A stretch of 64,000 nt of DNA from Amoebophrya sp. A120 (taxonomy: Eukaryota; Protista; Dinoflagellata), in the NCBI GenBank assembly GCA_905178155.1, contig CAJINV010000011.1, positions 307,914 through 371,913 on the forward strand, written 5' to 3'. Made by a program: the position numbers and the translations under genes. This document shows, piece by piece, positions 26,801 to 37,553 of this stretch (positions are counted from its first letter, which is position 1; the number at the start of each line of letters is the position of its first letter). The notes beneath the pieces were generated by a model. It was given only the letters and a program-made list of their open reading frames with translations, did no database searches and was not told where the DNA came from.

Positions 26801-29800
26801 CTCCGGAAGCATCTTTTCGAGCAGCAAGTGGGGGTTTGGGTTTCTTGCAGCTTTCGCCCCATCTTGTAGTTGTTCCGCGGCACCTTTCGCATCTTCGCTT
26901 CTCGTTTCAGAGGACGCCGGCGTACTTGAAGAAGATGTTCCTCCACCGCCTTCGTCCCGAATCTCGTCGACACGACTTACCGCACTGCTCGGCAGCCACC
27001 GCTCCAGCACGGGAATGTAGATGGTCTGCGCCAATTCCGGTGCCGGAATGCCCGAGTAAGCTCCTGGCCGACCGATGAACGTCGTTTCGATCTCGGCCAA
27101 CTGCGCCGCCCCGTGAAACAGCATGGGCTCCCACTCGAAGGCCTCGCTGGACCGGCGCGCCGTGGCCAGTCGCATGCTACAGGCCCCGTAGTTCGCCCCC
27201 ACGTCAATGGCGGCTTCGCACTCGTTCTTTGTTTTCGCCAGAGCCCCTGCAGAGTCGTTTTGCTTTTGTCTTTTCTCCCGATCCCGCTTTGTTACGACAT
27301 CCAACAATGTTTCGCACTCTGCCCACAGCCCGAAAAGCCGGAACTGCGTGGACATGGTGTTCTCGCTCTCCCAGAAGGGGTTCACGCAGAAGTAAAACTC
27401 GTTGGGCACAATGGGCGCGGTCTTGATCAAGTAGCCGCGTTTTCGGTTATCCGCAGCGTCCCAGGGGCACGTGCCGCGGTGAAAGAGAAGGTCCTGCAGG
27501 ATCTGCAGCAACTGCAGAAAATGGTAAAACAAGTCGTTGCTCGCAAAGGGCGAAATCTCTGCGTCATACTCTGCTGGGTCGATGGGCTCCGACTGCAGAA
27601 TTGCCGAGGAGGTGGTAGGTTTGTTCGTCATGAACTGTTTGTTATTTCTGGTTTTTCTACTCCCATTTTCGTCGAAAAATAAACCCTCGTGCTGCGAGAA
27701 GAACATGTGCTCGTCCATGCTCTCCCTCTCGACATCGCGCCCCTTGATGCCCACCGCCCGCGTGATGAACCGCCACTCCCCGTCGTCTTCGAAAAAGTAC
27801 TTTGCATTGCAAAAGCATCGTAGATCTACGTACACGTAGTAATTGCACTTGCAGTCATGCATAATTAGAAATCTTGTAGTTCCCAAGGTACATTGTCAGC
27901 ATGACAGATTCCCTTTGTCTTCGTGCTGGGGAAATTTGTCATGCGATTTCTACGAAAACTACGATAGTACTTTTGCCATGCATAAGTGCGGGGTGCCGTC
28001 CCCGTCAAACTGCAAGCTTTCCAGCACTTTGGGGGGGTCCTTGAACTTGTTCCACGGCTTGTATCCCTCGGCGTAGACGCCGGGACGGAATACGGACGCG
28101 TGCTTGTAAGCCCTCTCGGTCGACGAAGAGGAACTGCTGTGCTCCTGTGCGGGCTATGCATTTCAAAGGTATCATACTATGAAAATCGCATTCGCATTCT
28201 TCCTTTTGCAATTTGGCACAGCATGACAAATGCAACCTCTGTTACGGATTTACCTTTAGCAAAGAGATTTGTCATGCCGGACCTTGGTTGCGATGAGTAC
28301 ATAGTAAGATAAAGTAATTTTGCACTGCATACGGGCGTGGCTGTGCCGCTTGAGTAATCCTCTACTTCTGCCGCATCGAACATCTTCTCTTTTCTCGCAA
28401 AGTAGCGGTCCCAGCTTATCCTCGGAAAAATGCTCTTTGTCGTCACAGCACACACAACGTCATGTCTTCTGAGGCCGTGGTAGCCACAGGCAAACACGAC
28501 TTACTTGGGTGGCGGATTTTTTCGCAGTAAAAACCGCCAAAGTGGATAACAACTGCGGCACCTTACTGCCCCGGCTGCTAGTACAAGCCAGTACAAGAAA
28601 ACGAGGCAGAAAATACGCGAAAAAAACGCGCATTTTCCATTTTTCTCCCGAATCCGTGTATTTAGCAAGGCAATTCTGACTACCCTACCAAGAGCTTTCC
28701 CCCTCTTGTCCATTCCTCTACCTTCGGGTTCTGTGGTCCATCATCTCCAAAGACCCCCGCCAGGCTCCCGCGGGGGAGTGGCGGGGGGTGCAGGCCGGCG
28801 AAGCGCCGGGCTCTGCAGTACTAGGATGATGATGATCGCGGCGGCCCATTGATTCCGCAAGTATAAAAAAGAAGGAGGGGAAAAATTTTTTGGGTTTCGC
28901 AAAAGTAAAAAAGCCAGAGCAAGGCGATGGAAGGGATTGGCTGCGGTACCAAGCTGGGGATGGAAACGCGTCGCGGATCTTCGTCATCGCAGGGCGCTAC
29001 TTGAAAAATTGCATGTAGCCGGCACCCAGAGCTGTGGGCGCTATGGCGACAAAATGCTACTCTTCCCCCTGTGATAAACCTGACCGTTTCGTCCGCGTTT
29101 TGTCGGGCGGGAAAAAACGGTGTATAGTGTAAGCGTCTTGATTCTATTGCAGTGACAGCATGACAAATTTGCTCTGAACGACAGAGAAAACCTGTCATGC
29201 ACAGCTAGTTCGTGAAAACACACAGGAGAAAGCTGGGGCTCATGGCTGGCCAGCATGACAGGCATGACTTTGAGGCACGGCGTGCCCCAAAGTCACGCCT
29301 GTCACACTTTGCATTTTTACAGACTTTGACTTACACATACACAGTTCTGTTCTTGCATACGTTTTCTATGAAGTACACACTTGTGCTGGCGGTCGCGCCG
29401 CGCCGCACGATGTGCTGCCCACCCAGCGCCAGGTACTGGAAGAACATGCTGTTGGACGCCGCCTCATCAGTCTTACTCGAGCTTACTACCTTGATGCCGA
29501 AGTACTCCGCGTAGTGATGCACTATCTTCCGGTACGTCTGCCTAATGATGCGCAAGATGCGGCGGGGCACGACCATATCCTATGTAAAAACGTACCCACC
29601 CCATAGTCAAGATGGGGAATCGGCTAGACAAATCCACAAGCTTTGGCTGTTTCGCATGACAAATTTGGACGCGTAGCGTAGTACTGTTTGAGCTAGTTCA
29701 CCAGCATTACAGATCTAGTCTCTCATGCTGATTGGAGCATGACAAATTTCAATACACCATTAGAAAATGCTTCTCATGGGGCTCCGCATGAGAAACATTT

Positions 29801-32563
29801 GAAGCATGCCGATTTGCATGACAACTATGGTGTGGGTACGTTTTTACTCAGGATAGACCAGGCGCCGATTTGGGTCGTACACGACTTCTATCCTGTGCAA
29901 AAGTATCGCACTCGTATTAATGGCATTTATGCATTACAAATCTTTTTCCCAAGCTAAATCAGCATTACAAATTCAATTTGTAATGCTGGGCTAGTTTGTA
30001 ATGCACTTAATACTAGTACGATGCTTTTGCATTGCATAACTTCCAAGCGGCGGAGAGCCTCGTTTTCCTGCATCTGCAGCAAGAGCTTTGCCAATGCGGA
30101 CAGCACCTTGGCGTTTTGCAGCACAATTTTTTGACGACCCTGGTGGAATTTTTCATCAGTCCCTTCACTTTGCCCTCCCTGCTCCAGCTTCTCCACGCGG
30201 TCGGCGATTGGCCAGTCCTCGCGGTTCTTCACAGCGCCACCTCGCTGCATCTTCTCGTCGCGCAGCCGCAGGACCGCCTCCACCTCGTTTGGCACTGTGT
30301 AGGTCTGGTCGCGCGCCCACTCCAGGAACACCTTCTCCCCGGCTACCAGCGCGGCCGTCTCGGCGCCCCGATCGGGCAGCCGCCACGGCGCCTGGGCGAT
30401 CCACCCGAACAGGGGCCATGTGCTGGACAGCACTTGCTCGATAAAAACCAGGGCCATCTTCGTGTTCATGTCGCTTTTAGTTCCTGCAGATGTTTGGTGC
30501 AGCCTAGTGGAAATGGTCCGGGACGTCGAAGAGCGTGGAGCCGACGTAGCAGCTGCAGGTGATTTTGAAGTTCCTATGTCAACATTCTGTTCTTCCTGAT
30601 GGACCACCTCTTCTCCAGCCCCTCCCGTAGAACTGGTCCTCTGAAAGACCACGAAATTGTCCAGAACATATAGGACCCGCTTCCACCGCGTCTCGAATCG
30701 CCGAAGGTTCAGGAACTGCGGCTGCGCCCGCAGGTCCACGGTCGAGCGCCCGACCTGGCCGGTGACGATACGTGCGAAGAACTCCTGCTTCACATGGTGC
30801 CGAAAGTAGTGGAATTTGGGCTTCAATCGCAAGCCCGGGAACGCGCGGTGGAACCCCGGCATCAAGCCGCCCACCAGCTTGTGCGAGTGGTAATCAGAAT
30901 CGTCAAAAGGAATCAATGGCGTGGCACTAGCAGGGGGACGAGTTGTTCTTTCATCCCTGTGCAACTTCTCGTCGTGTGCACGGGCTGCAGGAGTTTCTTG
31001 ATCGTATACTACTTTGTTCTCCTGCTGCTCCTGTGGTCTTAGAATCCTTTCGAACATGTTTTTCCCGAATTCGCGATCCGCCAGCCCGGGTCCGTCGTGT
31101 CCATTATCGTGCCGGTCGTACACCGCAGTCACCCACTTGGCTTCGGCGTCGTGTGCGTCGCGGACCGGCTTTGGTTGCTGTCTGTCGGCGAAGATCTGGT
31201 CGCGCGTGCGCGCCAGCGGCGAAAACCTGGTCACCCGCTGGTAGATAATTCGCTCTATAGGCTGCAAAAGTATCAGATTCGTCTCGTGTGAAAATTGGAA
31301 TTGCAGTACTAGCAGTTCTGCATGACAAATATCTTTCAAAGTAACCTGAATAAATAGCATTACACATTTTACAAATTCCACTTCTTTCTTCCTCCCCAAA
31401 ATGATCTATTGTTATGCAATTCCTACTTGCGCCGCGAAGATGCTTTTGCAAAAATGCATACGCTCCGTCTCGTTCTGAAACAGCTCCGACGGCGGCGGGT
31501 GCGGGGCCTCCCCAGCACGGGTCTTGAAGCTGCGGATGTAGGCCTCGTGATTTCGGTATTTGTTTACTTGTGGACGAGGGTCTCCTGCTTGCGGTCTTGT
31601 CGACAAAGCGCGTGACGTTCTTGTAGTACCAGATGCGGCTAATACACCAGTACTCACACTCTGGGTCACGTTCCTGCCGCCCGCCCCCCGGCTTTGTATC
31701 AACTGCAAAAGTGTCTGGGTCTGGAAGATTGCAACTTGTCATGCTGTTTTTGGACTCTAGAAAAATTTGTACTGCATGACCAGCAAGAGGGGTGCAGTTT
31801 GTGCTACACGGACAGGGCATTTCTCATGCGGAAGGTGCAGCAGGAAGGGGTTCTATAAATCTGTGATGCTAGGGCATACATCACAGACAATCATGGGTCA
31901 GGGTCACGAGAAATATGCATGACAAACCTTGCATTATTCCAGACCCAGACATTTTTGCATTTGATACTTTGCTCTAGCCTCCGAATCTGCATGCGGTAGT
32001 CTTCGAGCAGTGGCACGGGCAGTTTATTCTGTGCAAAAGTATCCGATACTCGTACTGTATTGCTTTTACGCATTACAGATCTTTTTCTTAAGGCGAATCC
32101 GCATCACAAATTTAATTTGTCATGCTGAGCTAATTTGTATTGCAATTTATACTAGTGCGATACTTTTGCACAGGATCCAGCTCCTGGCTCTGCAGCTTTT
32201 CCGAGTTCAGGGCCAGAAAGAAGGCCGTGGAAAACAAATCCAGCCGCTCCATGCGGATCTCCTGCTCGATGGTCAGCTCCTGGAAAGCCTGCATCAACAA
32301 AGCCATCAGTTCGACGGCCAGGCAGTCCTCCGACAGCGCTTGCGGACGAGAGAGCAGCGTGTTCAGCCGGTCATAGGCGTTGCGGATCTGCCCACTGACG
32401 TCGCCCGCGAGATTTTCACCTGAGTCGTTTTTTTGTGCTGTAGTTTCGTGATCAAGTGTCGAGTCGGAAATGATAGGAAGATATGAGATTTTTTGCAATT
32501 CCGCTTATATGCTTACTTACACAGCAGGTCTTTCCACGTACGGCACGCGACCTTCACAGACAT
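23811..32563 (-). CDS. ~2000-aa protein with a C-terminal-half FkbM-family (Methyltransf_21-like) SAM-dependent methyltransferase domain
   Basis: IDVGANYG, VVAVEP, VPLRTLDEIV, LLKTDTEGHDHEVAQGA; continuous frame of 1997 codons after removing 9 introners and GT-AG introns 28469-29334 and 32420-32520. Confidence 0.75.
25297..25464. mobile_element. Introner (short class)
   Basis: TATGAACTGCAGAAGTATC...GATACTTTTGCACAGGATA; direct repeat GTGGC. Confidence 0.93.
26038..26200. mobile_element. Introner (short class)
   Basis: TATGCATTGCAAAAGCATCG...CGACACTTTTACACAGGATA; direct repeat TGGTG/TTGTG. Confidence 0.9.
27801..27984. mobile_element. Introner (short class, TTT left end)
   Basis: TTTGCATTGCAAAAGC...TACTTTTGCCATGCATA; direct repeat AGTAC/AGTGC; restores GTP(H/Y)FFEDD. 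Confidence 0.88.
28155..28331. mobile_element. Introner (short class)
   Basis: TATGCATTTCAAAG...TTTTGCACTGCATA; direct repeat CGGGC. Confidence 0.9.
28469..29334 (-). other. Probable long canonical GT-AG intron (866 nt)
   Basis: Donor GTAAGT at 29334 and acceptor CTCAG at 28469; splicing gives in-frame TVYVRHDVVC. Confidence 0.5.
29576..29855. mobile_element. Introner (GTAAAAACGT family)
   Basis: ~32-bp TIR TATCCTATGTAAAAACGTACCCACCCCATAGT / ACTATGGTGTGGGTACGTTTTTACTCAGGATA; direct repeat GACCA. Confidence 0.95.
29889..30038. mobile_element. Introner (short class)
   Basis: TATCCTGTGCAAAAGTATCGCACT...AGTACGATGCTTTTGCATTGCATA; direct repeat ACTTC. Confidence 0.95.
31256..31460. mobile_element. 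Introner (short class)
   Basis: TATAGGCTGCAAAAGTATC...GATGCTTTTGCAAAAATGCATA; direct repeat CGCTC. Confidence 0.88.
31697..31966. mobile_element. Introner (GTCTGGGTCTGG family, inverted relative to 22461)
   Basis: TATCAACTGCAAAAGTGTCTGGGTCTGGAA...TTCCAGACCCAGACATTTTTGCATTTGATA; direct repeat CTTTG. Confidence 0.95.
32025..32177. mobile_element. Introner (short class, ATC right end)
   Basis: TATTCTGTGCAAAAGTATC...GATACTTTTGCACAGGATC; direct repeat CAGTT/CAGCT. Confidence 0.9.
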
Positions 32564-32712
32564 TGTGAGGAACTACAGGAACAGCCTGTAATAGAACAAT
32601 TATGCATGACAACTGAAGAATACTTATCAACAAAAAAATGTGCGTCAGCAGTGCCGCCTAAAAATTGCTTTATCGCAAATCACACGAGGACATCAAAAGA
32701 AAGTACCTTAGG

Positions 32713-33369
32713 CTAAATGTTACCGGTGAAGAAGCCGCTGGCGAGCCGGTCTTGCAGCAGGTCCCAGGGTGGCACCAGGGCTCGTGCCCGCAACACGCTG
32801 GAGTAGTGCGGCATAAGACTGTATCAAATGCAAAAATGTCTGGGTCTGGAAGGATGCAAGGTTTGTCATGCACACTTTGCATGACTCCTGAAGTCTGTGA
32901 CGCATGCTCTAGCATCACAGATTTTGTGAGGGCTTATTGATGCCTATACCGCATGAGAAATGCCCTTTCGCCGTTGCAAAAACTGGACCTCTTTTGCTGT
33001 TCACGCAATACAGATTTTTGTAGAATCCAAATTCAGCATCACAAGTTGCACCCTTCCAGACCCAGACACTTTTGCATTTGATAGACTGCGGCCCTGCGCG
33101 ACGAACCAGAACACCTCCCGGAGCCGGCGCATGTGGTACAGCTTCGTGCTGGGGATCCAACTGTGCTTGTACCCGTCCGGCATGCCCACAACGAGATTGC
33201 GAATCTCCTCCCGGAGCTGCCGCACCGCGTTCGTTTCGTGGTGGCAAATGTAGTTGCCCGTGTAGTGTGCCTGGTAGAACCGGGCACGGACGAAAAGGAC
33301 GGGTGCAGTAGTGGTCCACGCTGCAAACAACCCTGCAAGCATAACGGGGAGAAGAAACGACCGCGACAT
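32713..33369 (-). CDS. Small putative secreted protein (129 aa, 2 exons)
   Basis: MSRSFLLPVMLAGLFAAW signal-like N-terminus; removing 32822-33083 plus 5 nt gives ...QGRSLMPHYSS...FFTGNI*. Confidence 0.7.
32822..33083. mobile_element. Introner (GTCTGGGTCTGG family)
   Basis: TATCAAATGCAAAAATGTCTGGGTCTGGAAGG...CCTTCCAGACCCAGACACTTTTGCATTTGATA; direct repeat GACTG. Confidence 0.95.
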
Positions 33370-34015
33370 CCTGGCTGTCTGAAGCTGCCTAAGAGCAGGA
33401 GTACTAGCGAGGAAAAGCTGCACTACCAAGAACTTTGTGCGGGCAAAAGAACTACGACTATGAGAGGTTGATTCTGACTTACGCTTAGGACGAGGCAAAA
33501 ATAATTTGCATAAGTATAAAAGCAATCGAACTGCTGGAAGAACGAGTGTCTGTTTCGACTTACGAATGCTTTATGATTACGACCGAATGAAAAATAATCA
33601 GAAAACGTAAAAACGAAGGCGAACGCGACTGACGTAGAAATAAAGAAAAGAAAAAAAAAGACAAAAAATACGAACACGCGCCCACATTGCGGAAATGAAG
33701 TACAGGAAAAGAAAAGAGAGTTTTACTTCTGCGATCGGAGTACAGATTTCTTTCAACAAGTCTGCTTTTTTTAATCATCCCCATCCATGAAGGACGGACT
33801 GGCGTCTAAATGAAACGAGCTAACCGAGCGAAAAATATTGCGCCCGCTTCTTCTGTTGCGAATCCACTGAGTGTAGTACATGTATCTTCTAAGTACGGTC
33901 CTTGTGGAAGTGCGCAGAAGGAAGATGATGATGAGCATCAACAAACAATCCAGAGCTCCTCCCGCTCTACTCCAGTACAAGCTGATGTACTAGTACCACT
34001 ATATCACACCTTTCA

Positions 34016-37000
34016 TCATTCGCCCATGATCTCCACCACAACCTTGCCCTTTGCCCGCCGGCTCTGCACCCGCTTGACCGCGTCCGTGACCCCGTATGAG
34101 AGTGCACGACAACGACTCCCCCCCACCTCGTTTGCATGGCATGCACAGCAATACAAGCGACAACAAGACTGCAGCTTTTGCATGAAAAATAAATTATTTG
34201 CACAGGATTTTATTCAGTGCAGCTGTGGCTTCCGGAACGCCCTGTCATGCAAGCAGTGCCAAGGGGCGGCAACGTGTGGATATGGTGGATTTGCTACCTT
34301 GCATGGCAGACGAGTTGGAGCAGGGGGACGAGTTGTGCACAACTCTCATACACCGTCTGAGGTGAACGGAAAGACGGAGTCGAGGATCGGTTTTATGTCC
34401 GCGTTTTTTTCGAACCAGTCGTGCAGCCACTGCCAGTCTTGCACAGTCGGCGTCGGCAGAAACAGGTCGTAGCCTTCGCGGTTCCACTGCTTCCCAGTGC
34501 CCGTGGACAGCAACGCCCGTACCCAGTCCAGTTTATTCGGCGAGTTCAGGGCGACGTAAAAGTGGCCTTTTTTTAGCAACGGCCGGAAGATTATGCATTG
34601 CAAATGTGTTCTTGCCTGGGTCTGGAAATTTCAGTCTCTAGTACTGAACAAACTGATGTAGCACTATACATACTTCTTCCATATACAGACTGGCCCTCTT
34701 ACGGCAGAACAGCCTGACAAATTTTCCTCACCTCCTTGCGGATCTTTCATTCGCAAAATGCCCGACAAATTTTGCCTCTAGAAGTGCGACAAAAACTACA
34801 GTACTACACTGGCAACCTGTATTCATGCATCACGGATCTAGATTGTCCTTCGAATCTCGCATGACAAATCCAGACCCAGGTCGATTTTTGCGCTGCAAAA
34901 AAATCGGCTCGTAGTCGGTGTCCATGCCGTCGCCTGACGAAACCGTGTCGTAGATGAGATCAAAGCTACCTTCTCCGGTCGTGATGGTGCTTCTTCTACC
35001 GTCTGCTCTTTCTACCGCATTTGCGTTCTTTCCGTCGTTTGTCATGGTTCCCCCCTCATGTTCTTCATCGCGCAGCAGCTGTTGCTGGATCCTGTCTGTG
35101 AGGGAAGCCGAAGCGGGGCCTGCGTTGCCCTCTCCGTCGTAGGGAAATACGAAGTCCGCCTTCAATTGGTCCCTCACGAAGTCCGCGTTCTTCTTGCTAC
35201 ACACTGCGTACTATGCATTGCAAGAGTTGTACTTATTGTCGCACAAGGTTGAGAAATCGCAGCGCAAAAGTAAATGCAAATTGAAATTTCATCTACTTCC
35301 GCCAGAAAAATAAAATTTGTAATGCTGACCCAGAACTAAGCTCTAAGAAACAAGATTTAATATCGTCATGCAGTATACTTGCAATTACTACTCGTAGTTG
35401 TGCGACTGTAATAAAACTTTTGCAATTATGCATAGGTACACGACGGCTCCGACGGATTTTCCCAGTTGCACGGCGGCTGAACCGGTTCCGCCGGAAGCGC
35501 CCAGAATGAGGATTTTGTCCTTCTCCTTCAAGTATGCATTATGCAAAAGTATCGCACCCGCATTGCAATCATGCATTACAAATCTTTTTCTTAAGTTAAA
35601 TCAGCATTACAAATTCTATTCCTTGTCATGCTGTTGGGGAAGAGGAAATTATTTGAAATGCATTTACACGAGTACGATACTTTTGCACAGCATATCAAGG
35701 CAGTCCGATTCGTTCCGTTCTGCGAGGCCGGCGTTTTGGCGAACAATCCGTAGATGCCGGTCATGTACACCACGCCAACACTATCAAAGGGAAAAATCCC
35801 CCCTCCCCATATCGAAACGAAGTTTCTGATGCTGGATTTGCGTACACAAATCAGGTCTGTCTTGCTGGGGAGGACTGCAGGCATATGCCAAGCCTGGGTC
35901 GAGAGGTTTTGACGTAGGGGGACTAGCATGACAGATGTCGGCTGTGTAAGCCCAACAGCATCACAAACCGCCGGCATAATGCGGCGGACTCTCTGGCTTT
36001 GCCTTCTTGCAAGACAGACAGGATTTGTGACCTCAAATCTGCATCACAAATTTTCAGACGAATGCGTTTTCAATATGGGGAGGGGGCATTTTTCCTCTCA
36101 ATAAACACCCGCCGCCTCGGAAAAGGACAGGGTCGCTGGCTTTTTCACCAACCGGGAAGCCTATCAAAAGGAAAAGTCTTCCCTCCCAATATCGAGACGA
36201 AGTTTCTGATGCTGGGTTTCCGTACACAAATGCGCACTGTCTTGCAGTAAGGCATCGCAGCCAGATCCTCAGCCTAGGCAGGGGCGTTTGGGTCTACTTG
36301 ATGTTTAGCATTACAAACGGCTGCCCCCTAGGCCCAACAGCAACATGCCAAATCGCTTCCATAATGGCGCGGAAGCCTCTGCACTTGTCTTCTTGCAAGA
36401 CAGACGTGATTTGTGGTCTCAAAGCAGCAACACAAATTTTCGGAAACATACGTTTTCGATATGGGGAGGGGGGATTTTCCCTTTTGATAAAGCCTTGATT
36501 TTCACAAACTCCGCCCCCGCGTCCATGTTGCCAATGCCCATCACAAAGTCGCCTTTTTTCAGCAAAGGTCTCTGCTGCTGCTGCGTCGAATGTGCAGCTG
36601 GAACAACAGGAGAGGGCGTGGCCATTGCAATGGCTTCATCTTCTCCAACTTCCCCTTTCTCGATATCCACGACCACACCGGCGAAATCCCGTCCCAGTGT
36701 CGGCTGCCGAAACCACCGCCACGCCCAGGTGCGGATCTTGTAGTCGACCGGGTTCAGCCCAAAGGCCTTTACTTGCACCAGTTATGACCCGCTCAGACGT
36801 TACAATCTCAACTGTTACGAATAGAATCTGGAAACCTGTGATGCAATAACTGCATTATCTAGCCAATATTTCATAGGATTGCGCATGACAAGTTGTGGAG
36901 TCCCAAACCCACCTGAAATACGGCAAGATTTGTATTGCAAAAAGCTCAATTCTCTCTGCGTTCCTCATGCTCTTCATGCAACACAAATTGCAGACTCTAT

Positions 37001-37553
37001 TGTAACGCTTGAGATTGTAACGCTTGAGCAGGTCATACCAGTACGTCCGGATTTTTCGCCCCGTTAGGAGATGATCGCCCTGGAGCAAGTGTTGGTTTCG
37101 GTATGACAGTGCATACTTAACTCCCCCTCCCCCCACTTTGTCGTGCAAAATACCGAATGTCGTGCCTCTTGCCCTCAAACACTCTGCGCATGACATAAGT
37201 TTTGGACGCGGCCCAAACAGGACTACAATCCATTTATTCCGGATTTATTGTCATGCAAAAGCTACAAGTGAGTGTGGCATTGCTTCTGTTGCAGGTCATG
37301 CAATACGAATGAGCGGGACTGGGAGTTGTGCACTTTGTCTCATATTCGGAAGCTCCTTGACACAAACCGCATCACTCGCGGACCACACGGCGTATCCTGC
37401 GCAAAAGTTTCGTATTGCAATCATGCATTACAGATCGTTTTCGTAAGGTAGATCACAATTACAAATTTTATTTCTCATGCTGAGGAAATTTGTAATTGTA
37501 ATGCATTTATACGAGTACGATACTTTTGCAGTTCATACGGCGGCGCGCATCAT
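34016..37553 (-). CDS. Medium-chain dehydrogenase/reductase, NADPH:quinone oxidoreductase / RTN4IP1-like (416 aa, 10 exons)
   Basis: Reconstructed MMRAAVW..DVLVQVKAFGLNPVDYK..LGRDFAGVV..GDFVMG..KKPATLSFSEAAG..KILILGASGGTGSAAVQLGK..AVCSKKNADFV..FDLIYDTV..IKPILDSVFPF..AKGKVVVEI; exactly 417 codons after removing 9 introners. Confidence 0.93.
34095..34350. mobile_element. Introner (GTGCACAACTC family)
   Basis: TATGAGAGTGCAC...GTGCACAACTCTCATA; direct repeat CCCCG/CACCG. Confidence 0.9.
34592..34899. mobile_element. Introner (degenerate GTCTGG family, AAA right end)
   Basis: TATGCATTGCAAA..CCTGGGTCTGGA / TCCAGACCCAGG..TTTGCGCTGCAAA; direct repeat AAGAT/AAAAT; restores EPIFRPLL. Confidence 0.85.
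35212..35434. mobile_element. Introner
   Basis: TATGCATTGCAAGAGTT...AACTTTTGCAATTATGCATA; direct repeat CGTAC/GGTAC. Confidence 0.88.
35533..35694. mobile_element. Introner (short class)
   Basis: TATGCATTATGCAAAAGTATCG...CGATACTTTTGCACAGCATA; direct repeat TCAAG. Confidence 0.93.
35782..36103. mobile_element. Introner (CCCCTCCCCATAT family)
   Basis: TATCAAAGGGAAAAATCCCCCTCCCCATATCGAAA...CAATATGGGGAGGGGGCATTTTTCCTCTCAATA; direct repeat AACAC. Confidence 0.95.
36162..36489. mobile_element. Introner (CCCCTCCCCATAT family)
   Basis: TATCAAAAGGAAAAG...TTTTCCCTTTTGATA; direct repeat AAGCC. Confidence 0.95.
36783..37037. mobile_element. Introner (GTTACAATCTCAA family, ~47-bp TIR)
   Basis: TATGACCCGCTCAGACGTTACAATCTCAA...TTGAGATTGTAACGCTTGAGCAGGTCATA; direct repeat CCAGT; restores DVLVQVKA. 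Confidence 0.95.
37102..37344. mobile_element. Introner (GTGCACAACTC family)
   Basis: TATGACAGTGCA...GGGAGTTGTGCACTTTGTCTCATA; direct repeat TTCGG. Confidence 0.9.
37393..37537. mobile_element. Introner (short class)
   Basis: TATCCTGCGCAAAAGTTTCGTA...TACGATACTTTTGCAGTTCATA; direct repeat CGGCG. Confidence 0.93.

Noticed and set aside
28498-29334. 7-bp direct repeat GACTTAC as a target-site duplication
   Set aside because: It is the common donor GTAAGTC on the coding strand (also near 33477 and 33557); removing one copy creates a stop, while a normal GT-AG splice restores the frame.
34016-37553. MDR pseudogene disrupted by MITEs
   Set aside because: All exon pieces are intact and in frame after nine precise removals, which is not expected of a decaying gene.
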